Positions 36,901 through 50,690 of a stretch of 64,000 nt of DNA are shown one piece after another. Both the position numbers and the translations under genes were made by a program. Numbering within the stretch: the first letter of the stretch is position 1; each line of letters starts with the position of its first letter. The notes beneath the pieces are model-generated. The model was not told the origin of the DNA and did not search any database. It saw only the letters and a list, made by a program, of their open reading frames with translations. The stretch is from NCBI GenBank assembly GCA_964016885.1, contig OZ024744.1, forward strand, positions 94,178,001 through 94,242,000. The letters are read 5' to 3'. The DNA is from Eledone cirrhosa (lineage: Eukaryota).

Positions 36901-37319
36901 ATAAGTCCTTCTTCCATCCAGCTTTCTCCATTCAGAGTGAATAAGCCGGGGAAGTTTGAGCTCGAAGAGTATCGAACTTATTCAACAAACTTATGTATAA
37001 GAATAGCAAACTTACTGCCTTAGCACTCAAGAACAAACACAGAACAACTGAGGAAGTCATTGCAATTATTGAAGAAATTATAACCTAGTGAAGATATTCA
37101 GGTACTGTTCAAGCACCCTGTATATCACTGTTTGTAAAGCCCTTCGAATGACTGAAACAATTCAATAAAACCATCCCCTTTTCCCCCTATAGTAGACATA
37201 ACCAGAGAAAAAACACTGTAATAGTCAGATCATGGGGCTGCCATCTTGGTGGTGAGCCAACATGCTATGGGTCACTATTGGTCTGGAGACCATGGTGGCT
37301 CTACCAAAGCTCCCTCGGA

Positions 37320-38010
37320 TTTTAAGTTTAAGTTTAAGGCCTTCTTTGGTCAAGGCTGACCAAGGGTAGTATCCAGTTGTCAGCTCGACTGGAGCAGCGT
37401 CTCCAGTAGCTAAACAGACCTATACGTGAGTTACAATTTTTGTCACATTGAACACATCTGTATATGGTCTCTGGTCTGTTGCATTTATTGCACACCTTTC
37501 GCCGAGCTCTCCTGTCTACTGCTGCAGTCATCAAACTCTCCTCCCCTGATTCGAAGTGTTGATTCAGGGTGTTTCTCCATCTTGGTCGGTCTTCTGCGTG
37601 GCCCTTCCAGGACTCTGTATTGATCTCAATAGCCTTCATATCTCTCTTCACAAGGTTCTTGTATCGCAACCATGGTCGACCGGTGGCTCTCTTTCCAGAG
37701 GCAAGCTCCCCATTTAAGATGTCTTTTGGGATGTAGCTATCATTCATGTGGTGGACGTATCCTAGCCAGCATAGTCTGCGGTGTCGGAGCAGGGTAAACA
37801 TTCTGGGAAGGCCAGCACGAATAAGGAACTCAGCATTGGGCAGGCTATACCCAGGATACGGCGCAGGTTTTCCAGATGGAAGGTGTTGAGTCACCTCTCC
37901 TGTCTAGCATATGGGGACCATGTCTCACTGCCATACAGCAGTGTGCCGATGATGCAGGCACTGTACACAGCCATCTTGCTCTTTATCACCAGCTTGGTGT
38001 TTGTCCAAAC
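37320..38010 (-). mobile_element. RTE (BovB-like) LINE 3' fragment with degenerate C-terminal C2H2-like finger
   Basis: RRLCWLGYVHHM..IPKDILNGEL..GRP.LRYK..DMK..WKGHAEDR..CVQC. Confidence 0.8.
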
Positions 38011-38019
38011 GACCCATTG

Positions 38020-40017
38020 CTGACTCAGCCCATTAGCACAACCTTCACTGAACACTTGGAGGCAGTGTCAGGGAACAACAACCTCAGCTAGATGCTTAAC
38101 ACACTCCATAGAGCACCTACCAGTCCCCAGATCAAAACAGCCTCGGTGAAGGATACCAATGGCAATATCATCAACACAGAAACCACCTGCCTCTAATACT
38201 AGAAGGAGCACTTCAGCCTTCTTCTACATCACCCAACAACAGTCCCAATCAAGCTTTGCCGAACCATCACCACAGACATAGCTGCAAGCAACAACACTTG
38301 CAGACTCAATCCTGTCTCCCCCCAATGAAGTCAGAGCCACCCTGAAAAAGTTCAAAAACATCAAAGCCCCTGGCATCTGAACTATCACCATGGAGATGTT
38401 GAAAGTGGTTAGAGATATCATGATTAAGTGGCTCACCTGCGTCATCAACCATGTATGGGTGTCACAGCGGTTCCCAAACGACTGGACCCAGGACATCATC
38501 CACCCCTTCTGGAAATGGAAGTGTGAGAAACTCGCCTACAACAACCACAGGGGCACCACCCTCCTCTCCATCCCAAGCAAATTTTTCACCAAGATCTTCC
38601 TCAGCTGTCCCATTAGAAGCAGACGTTGCCCACAACAAGCCAGATCCATGCCAAATTGATCTACCACTGATTATATTTCTGCACTACATCTCATTATTGA
38701 AAGATCTTGAGTGTTCCACAGAGAGCCGCCTCTATGTTGCCTTCATCAATCTCAAGGCGGCTTTTGACATAGTCGAGCATGCATCCCTCTAGAAAATTCT
38801 CAAGCTCATTGGTGCACCTCCTAAAATTACCATCCTGTTCCAAAGGCTCTATAGCAGGGCTGAGACTTGTATATGGACGAACAGGAAGGATTCTGACTGG
38901 TTTCCCATCAACAGCAGGGTCAGACAAAGGCTGTGTGGCTATCCCTGACCTCTCCAATTGTGTCATCAATTTACTATACAGGTTATTACTTTGACTCCTA
39001 TCTGTTCTGATGCTTTTAGCATCTCAGCAACTATTTCTGATGGTCCCACAGCTTTGCCGTTCTTCATCTCCTTAATTGTGTTTTTGACCTATCCACTTCA
39101 GTAGCTGGTCCTTCCCATTCCAGGCCTCTTTCTTTTAGACATCAGTGGTGCTAAGTACACCAGTGTCATTTCTAACACATTTTTCCTCGACAACATCTTG
39201 ATTCACACTAACACACTGCCTTGCGATATGGAACACTTCACATATCTGATCCTCATGTCTCAAGACATAGGCAAATTTACTTTCTTTAGCCTCTCTCCAA
39301 GTTCTATATACCTATCACTAGCTTCTTTCTTATATATACATATATAGCAAGGGCGTCCACCCATAGAAACCTAACCAGAAACAGTTCTATATGAGCAAGA
39401 CATGGTCACCTGACCCAACTTGCCTCTAATGAGACAATCCATCTAACACATGCTAGTGTGGAAAATGGACGTTAAACGATGATGATGATATATATATATT
39501 GAAAGTTTGTGGTGCCAAAATGAGGAGACCACAGATCAGTGTTGTACTCTCTGCATGGGAAGGAGCATAATGAGGATAAAGGAAGGTATAATCTTAACCT
39601 TTATGCCTGGCCTTTTTGGCTGCCAACAGACCTGCATTCTTTGCAGCAGGTTCTGCATGTGTAATCAACAGGAGCTCTGTATTCATGTCTATGAAGATGA
39701 TTTTTCTTATTAACTGTGTCAAGCAGAATCTGTTACAGATTTCACATGTTAAACCATGGATATCATCAGTTTATTGTGGTAAATTGATACCAAGACCCTT
39801 TCTGACATCTCTATCAAATTTCTCATACTGTACCCAAGATATTTCGAAAACAATTTTTCCTTTATAAACCATCTTTCTCCAATTACTTCTATCAAAGGCT
39901 TCAGTTTCCCATGTTGCAATATTGATGTTAACTTGTGTAAATGACTCTTCAACACAGTCCTTATATCACTTCCTGAGCTTATGAGGTGGTCACTTTCCAC
40001 TGGGCAGTTCTCTGTAC
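38020..40017. mobile_element. Mosaic of degraded RTE fragments (38020-38970 +, 38980-39330 -, 39600-40017 -)
   Basis: KAPG, NHRGTTLLSIPSK, YVAFINLKAAFD; minus-strand remnants of the KAVGP and DRSNWRK motifs. Confidence 0.65.
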
Positions 40018-40425
40018 AACTATACGTTGGCTCCGCAAGAGTGGGAAGCAAGACAAATCTCTTTTCATATGCCCGACACGGAAGAACAAGGAACATTGTG
40101 TACAAGGAGGTGCTACAATCATTGTTTAGGTAGACGAGGCAGAAGAGGATATACACGATTGGTTGAAGAAGGACGAGACTGTGTTAGTAGTATGACCAAC
40201 GGCTGCGATCACACCAGCAGCAGCCAAAACAACAACAAAAAAACAGAGGGAACACAATTACATGCTTTTGAAAAATCTTAATGGAAAATTATTTGCCTAA
40301 GCACAAAATGTAGACACCATCCCCAGGCCGAGGTATTCCGTACTTCTCTGTACTGTTTCAGAAAGGAGGGATAAACATGCCAATCTATGTTTAGAAGCCC
40401 GAGCAATGCCGGGCCATTCTGCTAG
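40018..40425 (+). mobile_element. Helitron 3' end with Pif1-type helicase C-terminal remnant
   Basis: QLYVGSARVGSKTNLFI/GRTRNIVYKEVL across a frameshift; hairpin cccgagcaatgccggg followed by CTAG|T at 40422-40425. Confidence 0.85.
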
Positions 40426-40850
40426 TTTTAAAAGAAGAGTTGAAATTAATGCATGCAAGATTTCACAGCTCTAACATCATTCCTTCATAATCAGCCTATG
40501 CATTTTTCAGCCTACCCATGTACATACATATATACCACTGTGTCCTCTTCGCACCTGCCGCCATCAAGACCTCAGGGATACTCGGACCCCGTACTGCCAT
40601 ACTGCTTTTGCGGTCTTGTCCACATGATGCAGCCCCAACACCAATGTGCCCTAGGCCAGAGCCCATCACACTCCCCCTTCTCCTTCTATTTTTCTGTGAC
40701 CCTAGAGCCCTTGCCTTTCCTATCCATCTCTAGTTTATAACATCAATGCAGATTTTTATGCAGAGCCCTCTTCTTTTTATGCTATGTTCCTCTTGATTTG
40801 TATTTCAGTGTGATACTTACTTTATCGTTCGATATATGTTAAATTGTTAA

Positions 40851-41026
40851 TTCTGTAGCATTTAAACTGGCCATATCTAGGCCGGAACTCTCTCACCTCT
40901 TTCTGTTCAAACCAGCTGTAACTGGCCACTCATACTGACATTAAGGTATTGTTCTCAAAATAAATAACATCAAAATTTCATAGATTTGATATTATGTGAG
41001 ATAAAGCCTTTACCATGAAAATCCAA

Positions 41027-41084
<58 letters not shown>

Positions 41085-41233
41085 GTTTCTACTTTTTGGC
41101 ACAAGGCCAGCAATTACCCAGTACATTACTGGTACTTTATTTTATCGACCCCGTAAGGATGAAAGGCAAAGTTAACCTCGGCGGGATTTGAACTCAGATC
41201 GTTATATATATATATAATGTAACTGCTAAAGGG
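40851..41233. mobile_element. piggyBac-type MITE with (TA)n expansion and nested minus-strand SINE A
   Basis: TTAA flanks, MITE body, SINE at ~41080-41200. Confidence 0.8.
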
Positions 41234-41446
41234 TTAAGGATCATTTTTTGACACTACACCACTAACTCTGTTTGAACTGTCATGAAAATACCATCCCACT
41301 TGTGGAGGTTAGATGCATCTATAAACAGTTTCATTTATCTGTGCATTACTGAATAACAAATGCACTCAGAATATAACAACCCATCCAACCCATCACAGCA
41401 TGGAACACATAACAAAGATGATGATGAAGTTCTGCATCATAATCAC

Positions 41447-43205
41447 AAATAATTGTTTCTACATTAGGCACAAGGCCAGCAATTACCCAGTGCATTACTG
41501 GTATTTTATTTTATCGACCCCGTAAGGATGAAAGGCAAAGTTAACCTTGGCGAGATTTGAACTCGGAATGGCAAGGGCCGTAACTCTATACGTCAAAGCA
41601 TAATCACAAATAATGTTATCAAAAGTTTATTGTTGTTGAAATTTATAAATACAGTTATTATTAAATGATGGATTATAGGGTGGTCGATTGGCAGTATCGG
41701 TAGAGCGTCGGCGGATATGCTTTGCAGCATAGAGTTACGGCCCTTTATGATCAAATCCCGCCGAGTTTAACTTTGCCTTTCATCCTTACAGGGTCAATAA
41801 AATAATGTACCAGTCACGCACTGGGGTTGATTTAATCAACTTCCCCTCCCCCTAAATTGCTGGCCTTGTGCCTATATAAGAAACCATTATTAAATGGTGG
41901 ATTGGCAGTATTGATAGAGTGTCGGTCACCATACTTTATAGCATAGAATTACATCCCTTTACATTCTAAGTTCAAATCCAACCAAGGTTAGCATTGCTTT
42001 TCGTGCTTATGGGGTTGATAAAATAAAGCACCAGTAACACACTGGGATCGATTTAATCGACTTACCCCTTCCCTTCAAATTGCTGGCCTTGTGCCTAAAG
42101 TGGAAACAATTATTAAATGAATAAACAATGTTGTCTCTGATTAAGATGAAGCAAGATTATATTTGAATACATATAAAAATAAGAAAACTCATCACTAGTT
42201 CAGCTTTTAAAACAGCCAAATGCTGTCAACGACAGCAATGGGCAACAATGCCTCAGAGGGCAGAGACCAGTGGTCAATGGTCAACAGAAAGAATCTACAA
42301 GGATTTATTTCCCTTTTCTAGTCATGTCTATGCGCCAACACACATCTCCTTGTCCTCTTTCAACCTTTTCTATATTTAATCTGCCAGTTACCTCTCTCTG
42401 CTGACCACAAGCTGCTGGTCTCTGTCCTCTGAGACATTATTGCCCACCACTGTGATTGACAGCATTTGGCTGTTTTAACGGCTGTTCTAGCAGTGAGTTT
42501 TCTCATTTTTATATGAATTGTTATTATTATTAATGGGCTGTGGATTGGCAGTATCAGTAGAATATGCCCCCCCCCCTGCTTTTCAGTGTAAAGTTATGTC
42601 CCTTTACGTTCTGAGTTCAAGTCCTGACGAGGCTAGCTTTGTCTTTCATTCCTACGGGGGTCGATAAAATAAAGTATCTGTAATGCACTGGTGTCAATTT
42701 AATAGACTTTCTCCTTCCCTTCAAATTGCTGAACTTGTGCCAAGAGTAGAAATAATAATTATTATTAGTAGTAATAGGGCAGTGGATTGGCAGTATCGGT
42801 AGAGGGTCAGACGCCATGCTTTGACGCATAGAGTTACGGCCCTTGCCATTCTGAGTTCAAATCCCGCCGAGGTTAACTTTGCCTTTCATCCTTATGGGGT
42901 CGATAAAATAAAGTACCAGTAATGCACTGGTTAATTGCTGGCCTTGTGCCTAAAGTAGAAACAATTATTAGTAGTAGTATTCAGTAAATTGGCAGTATCA
43001 GTAGAGCATTGAACAACAGGCTTTGTGGCATAGACATAGAATTAGTCATTTAGTTTCTGAGTTTAAATCCTGCCAAGGTTAGCTTTGCCTTTTATCCTTA
43101 CAGGGTTGATAAAATAAAGCACCAGTAATGCACTGGGGTCAATCATATCAACTTTCTCCTCTCCCAAAAATTGTTGGACTTATGCCTAAATCAAAAACTG
43201 TTATT
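41447..43205. mobile_element. Dense cluster of about six SINE family A copies
   Basis: Repeated consensus; the first copy is flanked by the TSD cataatcacaaataat. Confidence 0.8.
42166..42519. mobile_element. Old fold-back MITE with ~120-bp imperfect TIRs
   Basis: catataaaaataagaaaactca..taaaacagccaaatgctgtcaa mirrored by ttgacagcatttggctgtttta..tgagttttctcatttttatatg. Confidence 0.75.
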
Positions 43206-43214
43206 ATTAATGGG

Positions 43215-44365
43215 CTGAGAGGAAGCTATCCCCAAAATGTTGAGCAGAAGTTGTGAACTCATACATTGCTCCATTATCTATCACTGACTGTTACTTGCCC
43301 CCATCCATGCCTCACCAAATTGGAGCACTTGCTCTTCAACTTCTTGTGGAAGGGACAGGCTCCACTAGTGCAGCTGTCCATCAGATGCCAGCTCCCTCTA
43401 TGGCTGGACATGTTGTGGCTGATGGTGTGCAAACATGTGCTGAGGCTACAGCACTCTAGATAATCTCATCTCTTGGACTGAGCTGCAGCTATGGGTCAAG
43501 TGAAGACCAAGACTGGATGCTTGGCATTCAGATTGTTCCCAGGTGCTCACAGCCAGTCAGGCAATGCAGTCAGTGGAATTCCCAGCCTGGCATTCTATAG
43601 AGGACTGGTGGTGTGCAAGAGTGACAACGTTCTTAGAGAAAATCTGGGCATCAACGAAATTGAACTTACCAGTCTGTTCTGGAGAACTTTAAAGCCAGGG
43701 ACTATAGATAATATTCAGAAATCACTGGCTTGGCAGTGCTACCAAGGGGGTACTGCCGGTTTGAGATAAACTCTACAGACATGGAAGTGCCGTCGGACAG
43801 AGCTGTGTGAGATGTATGCAGGGCGATGAAATCATTCTGCTCACCATTCATTGCTGAATTGTGGAGTTTTGACAAGCGTGACATGGTCACCTGACCTAGC
43901 ATTGCTCACAACAGGATAGCTCGTCTAAACCATGCCAGCATGGAAAAAAGTACATTAAACAGTGATGATGATGTGGAACAGCTATTATCATATATAGGAC
44001 AGAACCCACAATTGACCGAGTCTATCATGAGGATTGTCCTGCCACCTTCTTTTGGTCAGGAAGGGCAGGCAGTTTTCCTCTATCTGATGGCTGTAACAAA
44101 GGAAGTTGAGTGGTGGAAGCAGCTGAAAGGACTGAAGACAGACACTTTCCTCTTTGGCCAAGCCCTCATCACCTTTTTCAAGTTCCACTTGGAAAAGAAG
44201 GTGAGGGTGGAGAGAGAACCGTTGCCCCCCCCCAATACATTTGTTAAAAGTATGGGGGGTGGGGGCAGCACTTCTCTCTCCACCCTCACCTTCTTTTCCA
44301 AGTGCAACTTGAAAAAGGTGATGAGGGCTTGGCTAAAGAGGAAAGTGTCTGTCTTCAGTCCTTTC
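43215..44365 (+). mobile_element. Degraded Tx1/L1 fragment ending in a snap-back inverted duplication (44125-44365)
   Basis: Homologous to the 18860-19903 and 45206-46203 copies (LAFYRGL..KSLAWQCY..KEVEWW); ~110-bp arms mirror around ~44245. Confidence 0.8.
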
Positions 44366-44513
44366 TTCACAGCCCGAGCATCATTCCTTCATAGTCAGCC
44401 TATGAACTTTTTCGGCCGACCCTCGTATGTATGTAGTCTTCCACAGAGTCTAATGGCAGAGAAAGGTGCAGGACACACACGAGTCGTGTTTTTTAGGGAC
44501 TCGTGTTAAGACT

Positions 44514-44667
44514 CAGGGACAAATTAAGTCCTTTTGAGGCCTTAAGCACACAAAAAACTATGTGCCCACCCTTTCCATGTATAATATCTGCAAAAACATT
44601 TGATACCACTGCTATCCTTAATACCCTAATGATGTGCTTATTTTGTTTCGTGGTTAATCCAGCCCTG
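44514..44667. mobile_element. hAT-like MITE
   Basis: CAGGGacaaATTAA...TTAATccagCCCTG; imperfect 8-bp TSD ttaagact/ttaagatc. Confidence 0.55.
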
Positions 44668-45205
44668 TTAAGATCTGTATACTTCGTATATTTGTTCAAC
44701 ATTTCCATTTTATCCTGTAGATGGTCTATTTCTCTTTAAGAAATGAGCTGTTAGGACATCCACTATAGTTAATGTTTTTTAAGTGAGCCCTAAACATGGT
44801 CAAGGGTATTGTTATTGCCTATTTTCTGTTTAATGTTATCAGCCGGTTATTATTATCTAAAAAGGCTCCGTTCCGCCTGAAGTCAACACAATTAGCAGCT
44901 TTTACTGTGTAGAAAGAAAGGGAAAATGAAAGAGAGAGGGAAAAGAGAACGAGAGGCAAAGAGTAAGAGAGAGAGACTGCAAAAGAGTAAGTGGATAAAG
45001 GGACGAAGAAGATTTGAGAGAAATAGAGTAAAAGAGGGAGAGAGGCGCGGGGGGGGGGAGGTTAGCTATGTTAAGAGTTGGAAGGGGGAAAGTCGTTAGA
45101 GGCTTAAGTGAGAGAGAAAGAGAAAGACAGACAGAGAGAGAGAGGTGGAATAAGTAAGCACCACTATCTCTACAACCTACCTATCTATCTATCTATATAG
45201 GTGAC

Positions 45206-46203
45206 AACGTCATTGGACGCTGGACGGACGGACCGGTGAAATTGCTCGGAGTCTGGTTCGGTCTAGACCTCCAGGTGGAGAAAAACTGGAACGAGGTCAC
45301 GGCCAAGGTGTTTGCACTCACCCAGAAGTGGGCAGAGTGCAAACTGTCCTTGAAAGGTCGAGCGGAGGTGGCGAACACTTTCATAGCGTCCGTCATCTAC
45401 TACCGCTTGACTGTCGTGCCTTGTCCCCGTGAACACCTCGCCAAGATGGAACGCATGCTCTTCCAGTTTCTGTGGAAGAAGCAGGCTCCGCAGGTGAGGA
45501 GATTCGTCTGCTGTCAGCACCCTTCCAACGGAGGGCTGGGAATGCCGTGGCTGATGATGCGGTGAGGCTACGGCATCTCCAGGTATTCCTCACCGACCCC
45601 CAACCGGTATGGGCACCGTTTGTGAGACAGGCTTCCCACAGCTCGTCTCGCTGACGGAGCTGCAGTCCTGGGTGAAGAAAAGACCGAAAACGATGGGTGC
45701 CTGGCACATTGAATGCACTCAGGCGCTCACAGTCCTCTGGCAAGCGACGGTGGCTGTGGTGAAAGAAGTTATATGGTGGACGAGGTTGAGAGGACTGAGG
45801 ACAGATGCCTTTCTCTCCGGACAACAATTGATTCCCTTCTTTAAGTATCACTTTAGAAGGAGAATCAGGGTGGAGAGAGAGGCACTGCACCCCAGTAAAT
45901 CTACTGAAAGGTGGGTGAATGAAGCGAAAATGGCCGAGTGATTGGGCCTCCTCTGTTTATAAGCCTGTATGTTGAGGAAAAGAGCAAAAGGAAGAAAGGA
46001 ACACTTGCACAACACGCTCCTGGAGTTGAGGGTTCTATCGACGGAGTATTAAACAACCCATTTGTGGTGCCTCCTCCCTATTGGGGATTTCGATTGTTGT
46101 AATTGTTTGTTTTTATATTTTTTACACGACTGTATGTAAAATCCCCGGCATGTCTTTGTATTGTCCCCTTTTCTTGTGCGCCCTTGTGGCTAATAAAGAA
46201 ATA
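45206..46203 (+). mobile_element. 5'-truncated, internally deleted Tx1/L1 LINE with 16-bp TSD
   Basis: KLLGVWFG..KNW..W..LSLKGRA..FLW..GGLGMP; TSD tatctatataggtgac at 45190-45205 and 46204-46219. Confidence 0.9.
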
Positions 46204-48299
46204 TATCTATATAGGTGACGTACTAATCGTAGCAGGAAGAACCATTGTCTCACACTTGTAAAGCTTGTGAGATCTTTTTGGTTGTTTGTTGTTGTTATTT
46301 TTTCACAGATCATTTGATGGTCCGTTGGTTCTAAAGTGACCATGCCCTGATTCTCCTTCCCTTCTTTCGTCTTTATTCTAACCTCGAAGTCTTAGCACTA
46401 ATCACTCATTAAATTACATATCTTACCAAGGGAAAGAGTGTGTATGTATGTGTGTGCGCGTGCGCAATAGATAGAGGAGGCGTGTGACTGACAGAGAGAA
46501 AAAGAGACGAGGAGAGTGAGAGCGAGAAATAAATAAATAAAGAGGAAACGTGAGAGTGGCAAAAAAAAAGAAAGAGAGAGAGAAGAGTGAGAGCGGTAGA
46601 GAGAGAGAGAGAGAGAGAAAGAAGAAGCGTGAAAGCGAGAGAGAAAGCTTGAGAGCGTAAAAGATATATATATATATATAGAGAGAGAGAGATAGATAGA
46701 TAAAGTATTGAAGCAGATAGATTAACATCACCAGCAAGAACAAGAGCAGACTGAAACAACTGTCGGTGAGTATTATAACTAAGAAAAAAAATGATGTTGA
46801 TATTTTTCCATTTCTTAAGAATAAAAGGCCAGCCGACATTTGTAAGGCATGCGCATAGACGATTAAATTGTTACTAATATATAACTGGTACTTTTAACAC
46901 CATCTACGCTATAATCGTTTCTGTTTAAGGCACGAGGGCAGCAATTTGAGGTGCGGCGGTGGAGTCGATTATATTGATCCAGTTATTGACTGGTACTTTA
47001 TTTCTATCGATCTCCTGCAAAGTTGATCTCGGTGGTATTTGAACGGAGAACGTAAAAATTTTGAATGGTAAGAGGTATAATGACAATGATGGTTTATCTA
47101 ATTTCCACTAGAGCGACAATATAAACACTACAAGGACAATGAATATCTACCATATGAGCCGACAAGGGAGCCGCTAGTTGTCGCTCGCCCAGCTAGAAAT
47201 AACAGCCTAATCTCTCTCAAAACATTCATTGCCTAGCGTTTTAGAAAAGGAAGGACTTGCTGCGTAATGCATTCGTAGATAAGTAATATGCAATGTCTAT
47301 AACGCTTTTTATAACAGGCCTGCTTAACAACGGTTCATGTCAGAGTAGACGACAACAGCAACAGCTGTACAGTACAAAATTACTGGATATAACTTTCTGA
47401 ATCAAACAGGTAGAACCGATGTAGAAATCGAAAAGCGAAACGGAAATTACGAAATGTACTTTTAGACTTGTTTACTCGCTGCTACAAAAGCATACAGTAC
47501 TTAATATTTAATATTTTAACAACCCACTGCATTAGAAAATAACAAAATAATATTTTAAACAGTTAAAATTTTATAGTGAACAGTTAAAATTTTACTTGAT
47601 TTTTTTAATGCACATTTCGTCGTTTACGTTTCAGTTTTTCTATTAACTTTGTCGTGTTTGATTCCATCTGTCACCTGACAAGTTTATGTGTAACACTCAC
47701 ATTAACTAATGAATAAATAAAATATATATCGATAGGTGCTCCAATGTAAAATACAAGTACAAGGTCACGCGTTTTGAGGAAAGGTATAATTAATGAAATT
47801 AACTCTACTACTAACTCCTATTTATTTTATATTCTACCGATCTTGTGTGAAGGAAAGACGAAAGACAAAGTTTTGCCTTCTATAATTTTGCAGTGCGGAA
47901 AAAAAGACACTCTTCAACCCCCCACCCACCCCCACCCTAATAAAAGGTAAATTTATAGAACACCCTCATCGATTTCACTAGGAAATGATTATTTTCCTGT
48001 TTTTTTTTGGTTTTTTTTTGTGTATGCTATCGATTAAACTTATATCCAAATATACTGCAAAGGACTTTTCTACCCCTTCCTCAAGAGTTTACTTTACCAT
48101 TTTCCCCCGCGGTTTTTTTTCTTTTTTTTCTGTGTGCTACCAACTAATCTTACCTCCAAACATGCCAAAAAGGACTTTTCCCCCCGGAAAACTGAATATT
48201 CTTTGACTCCTAGCAGTAAGCACAACCCTAACTGAAACCCCAATCCTAACCCTATCTCTTACTCTAGAGAGGAGGGTTAAAAGTACGAGGGTTCCCCCT

Positions 48300-48860
48300 C
48301 TCCTCAGTATGATGGTTTACCCCATCATATGGATTACAGGCCTTCAAATGAAGGTTTTATCTGCCATACTTTATCTGAAGAAGGTAGGTAGGTGTAAAAG
48401 CCAAACTTGCTATCTTCAATTCAGTATTTGTGCCAACCCTTACCTATAGTCATGATGACCAAAAGAATACAAGCAGCCGAAATGGGGTTCCTCCAAAGAG
48501 TTTTTGGAGTAACATTACTTGATAGAGTGCATAGCTCGGAAATCGGACAGTCACTCTAGGTAGAGCTGCTGCTACTTCGATTTGAGAGATCACAGCTTCG
48601 ATACTATGGGGCATGTGGTTAGAATGTCAGGAAGGAATCGCTGGACAGATTTTATGGGCAAAACCAACCAGCAGGAGACCCAGGGGTAAACCCCGAGCAA
48701 GATGGTTGGATAACAAACATCCATGAGATTGGCTGGTCTCACTTGGGGATCCAGCCGGATCAGTTGAAGATGGTTGCTTCTGACAGGACCTGCTGGAAGG
48801 AGTGTTTGAGGACTCTGCCTCCATGACCCTCTCAGGAAGAAGTGGATGAAGAAGAAGAAG
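48300..48860 (+). mobile_element. RTE LINE 3' fragment with (GAA)n tail (second RTE family)
   Basis: RIQAAEMGFL..QLRY.G..V remnants; same family on the minus strand at 61830-62180. Confidence 0.75.
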
Positions 48861-50178
48861 GGCTTTATCTCACATAATATCAAATCTATGAGATTTTGGT
48901 ATTATTTATTTTGAGAACAATAACTTAACATCACCATGAGTGGTCGGTTACAGCTGGTTTGAACAGAAAAAGGTGAGAGAATTCTGGCCGGAAATGGCCA
49001 GTTTAAATGCTAAAGTGTTAAACGTGGCGAAAATAAAGAAATTCCAATTATTCATATAGGGGGCATAAAGAGAGAATAATTTAAGTGCTCCTAGTTATTT
49101 GGCTTGATGAATGTTGCCAGCCATAGATCTTATCCATAATCCAGAAGTATGGGCTTGCTTCTCTAGGAGGAAATATTTAAAAAGGTTATAACTAACTGCT
49201 CTTCATAGTGGGTCAAATCATACTGCACTGAGGACTGCTTATTATGTTGGAACTTCTTGTAATGATTCTTTCTAGTACAAAACTTGTCCAAGATAGGTGG
49301 TTGGTTAAATCAGTGGAATGTTGCAAGTAATTCAGAGAGTGTGAGTGTCTATTCTAGCATTAGTCTGTGTCTATGGATAAATACTTTTTACTTATGTCAG
49401 AAAATAGCGTGTTAGGTCTATTAAGAGCCTAAGGTGGCTCCATATGGTATGTAGAAACACATACAACATAATCTACTTTGGGCATGGAGGTTCTGTCTAG
49501 GACCACATAGAAGTGGATTTACTTTCCTTTTCTTATGAGGAAAATTCTCACCCTCAGGTGCAGACAAGCACCAAAGAAGTCTATCCTTCTGTTAATTAGT
49601 TGGTATCCTCTGAGTATCTCAAGGGTCTCACTCAGACGGAGACTGCAAACACAGGAGTCACAGCCATCCGGGGGCATATTACGAACCTTAAACCATTCTA
49701 AAGGATATGGGTCTTAGTTAAGTTAAGCTTCTAGATTAGCTCCAAAAGGACCGTACTTTTTTGTTTATCGATCTTGCTAAAGGAGTGGTTGTAATTGTGC
49801 CACCTGTCCTTGAAGTTAGTCGACACTATTTTTATGTACCTATACATTGAGTTACACTGGTAAACTAGATTTTTTTACCAGGCATTCATTCCTGAGTGGG
49901 CACACACACATATATAGTGGTAAGGGTGTTGGACTTATGGTCATAATGCCATGGGTTTGATTCATGGACTGGGTTGTGTGTTGTGTTCTTGAGCAAAACA
50001 CTTTATTTCATATTGCTGCAGTATACTCAGCTGATAATAAATATCAGCAATAGCTGGGGGCTTAATCCTGTGATGGACTGGCATTCTGTCAGGAGAGGAG
50101 TTTTGTACTCTCAGTCGCTTAATTCAATGGAAACTGGGATAAGCATAGGCCTGATGAGCCTCTAGGCTCATGACATAT

Positions 50179-50211
<33 letters not shown>

Positions 50212-50249
50212 TAAATATGTGTGTGTGTGTGTGCCCCAGGATCTTGCAT

Positions 50250-50690
50250 AGGATTCCCCAGGCATTCAAGGTTTACCAAGTTGGTCCTACAGCGATTCTC
50301 TGGTTCATCTTAGCACTATTAGGCATGCATCTCAAAGTTCTTAATCTATCGTTTTTTATACTAGCTAGGTTGCGCGTGGTGGAATACAACAATTTCACCA
50401 TGTGCCTGTTAAAAATCTTACCTGTGTATTCTAGGGACGCATCTAACCTGCACTCTAAAATAATAATCCAGCCAGGTTGGTCTCCAGTCTGGCAGAATAT
50501 GGTGGGTTATATCAGACTATTCACCTAGGTCTAGTTCTTTTACTAATGGGTTTGGGTGGGATCTTAGCTATCCATTGTGAATTTGCAGGGGATGACCCAC
50601 CTGCGTTCACAGATTGAATTTTTTTAGTTTCAGAAGATCCCGTTAAGGGTGAAAGCAGCGATTCTTTGCTTAAACTTTAATCTGTTATTT
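50250..50690 (-). pseudogene. Penelope-like element ORF fragment (RT to GIY-YIG linker)
   Basis: Minus translation IV*YNPPYSARLETNL..KIFNRHMVKLLYSTTRNLASI matches the Penelope WFNPPYS..TN..KIFN...K.SYS..N motif. Confidence 0.7.

Noticed and set aside
36934-37087. Short open frame RVNKPGKFELEEYRTLFNKLMY...IIEEIIT
   Set aside because: It looks protein-like after an AG but cannot be assigned; it may be a transposon ORF1 relic among repeats.
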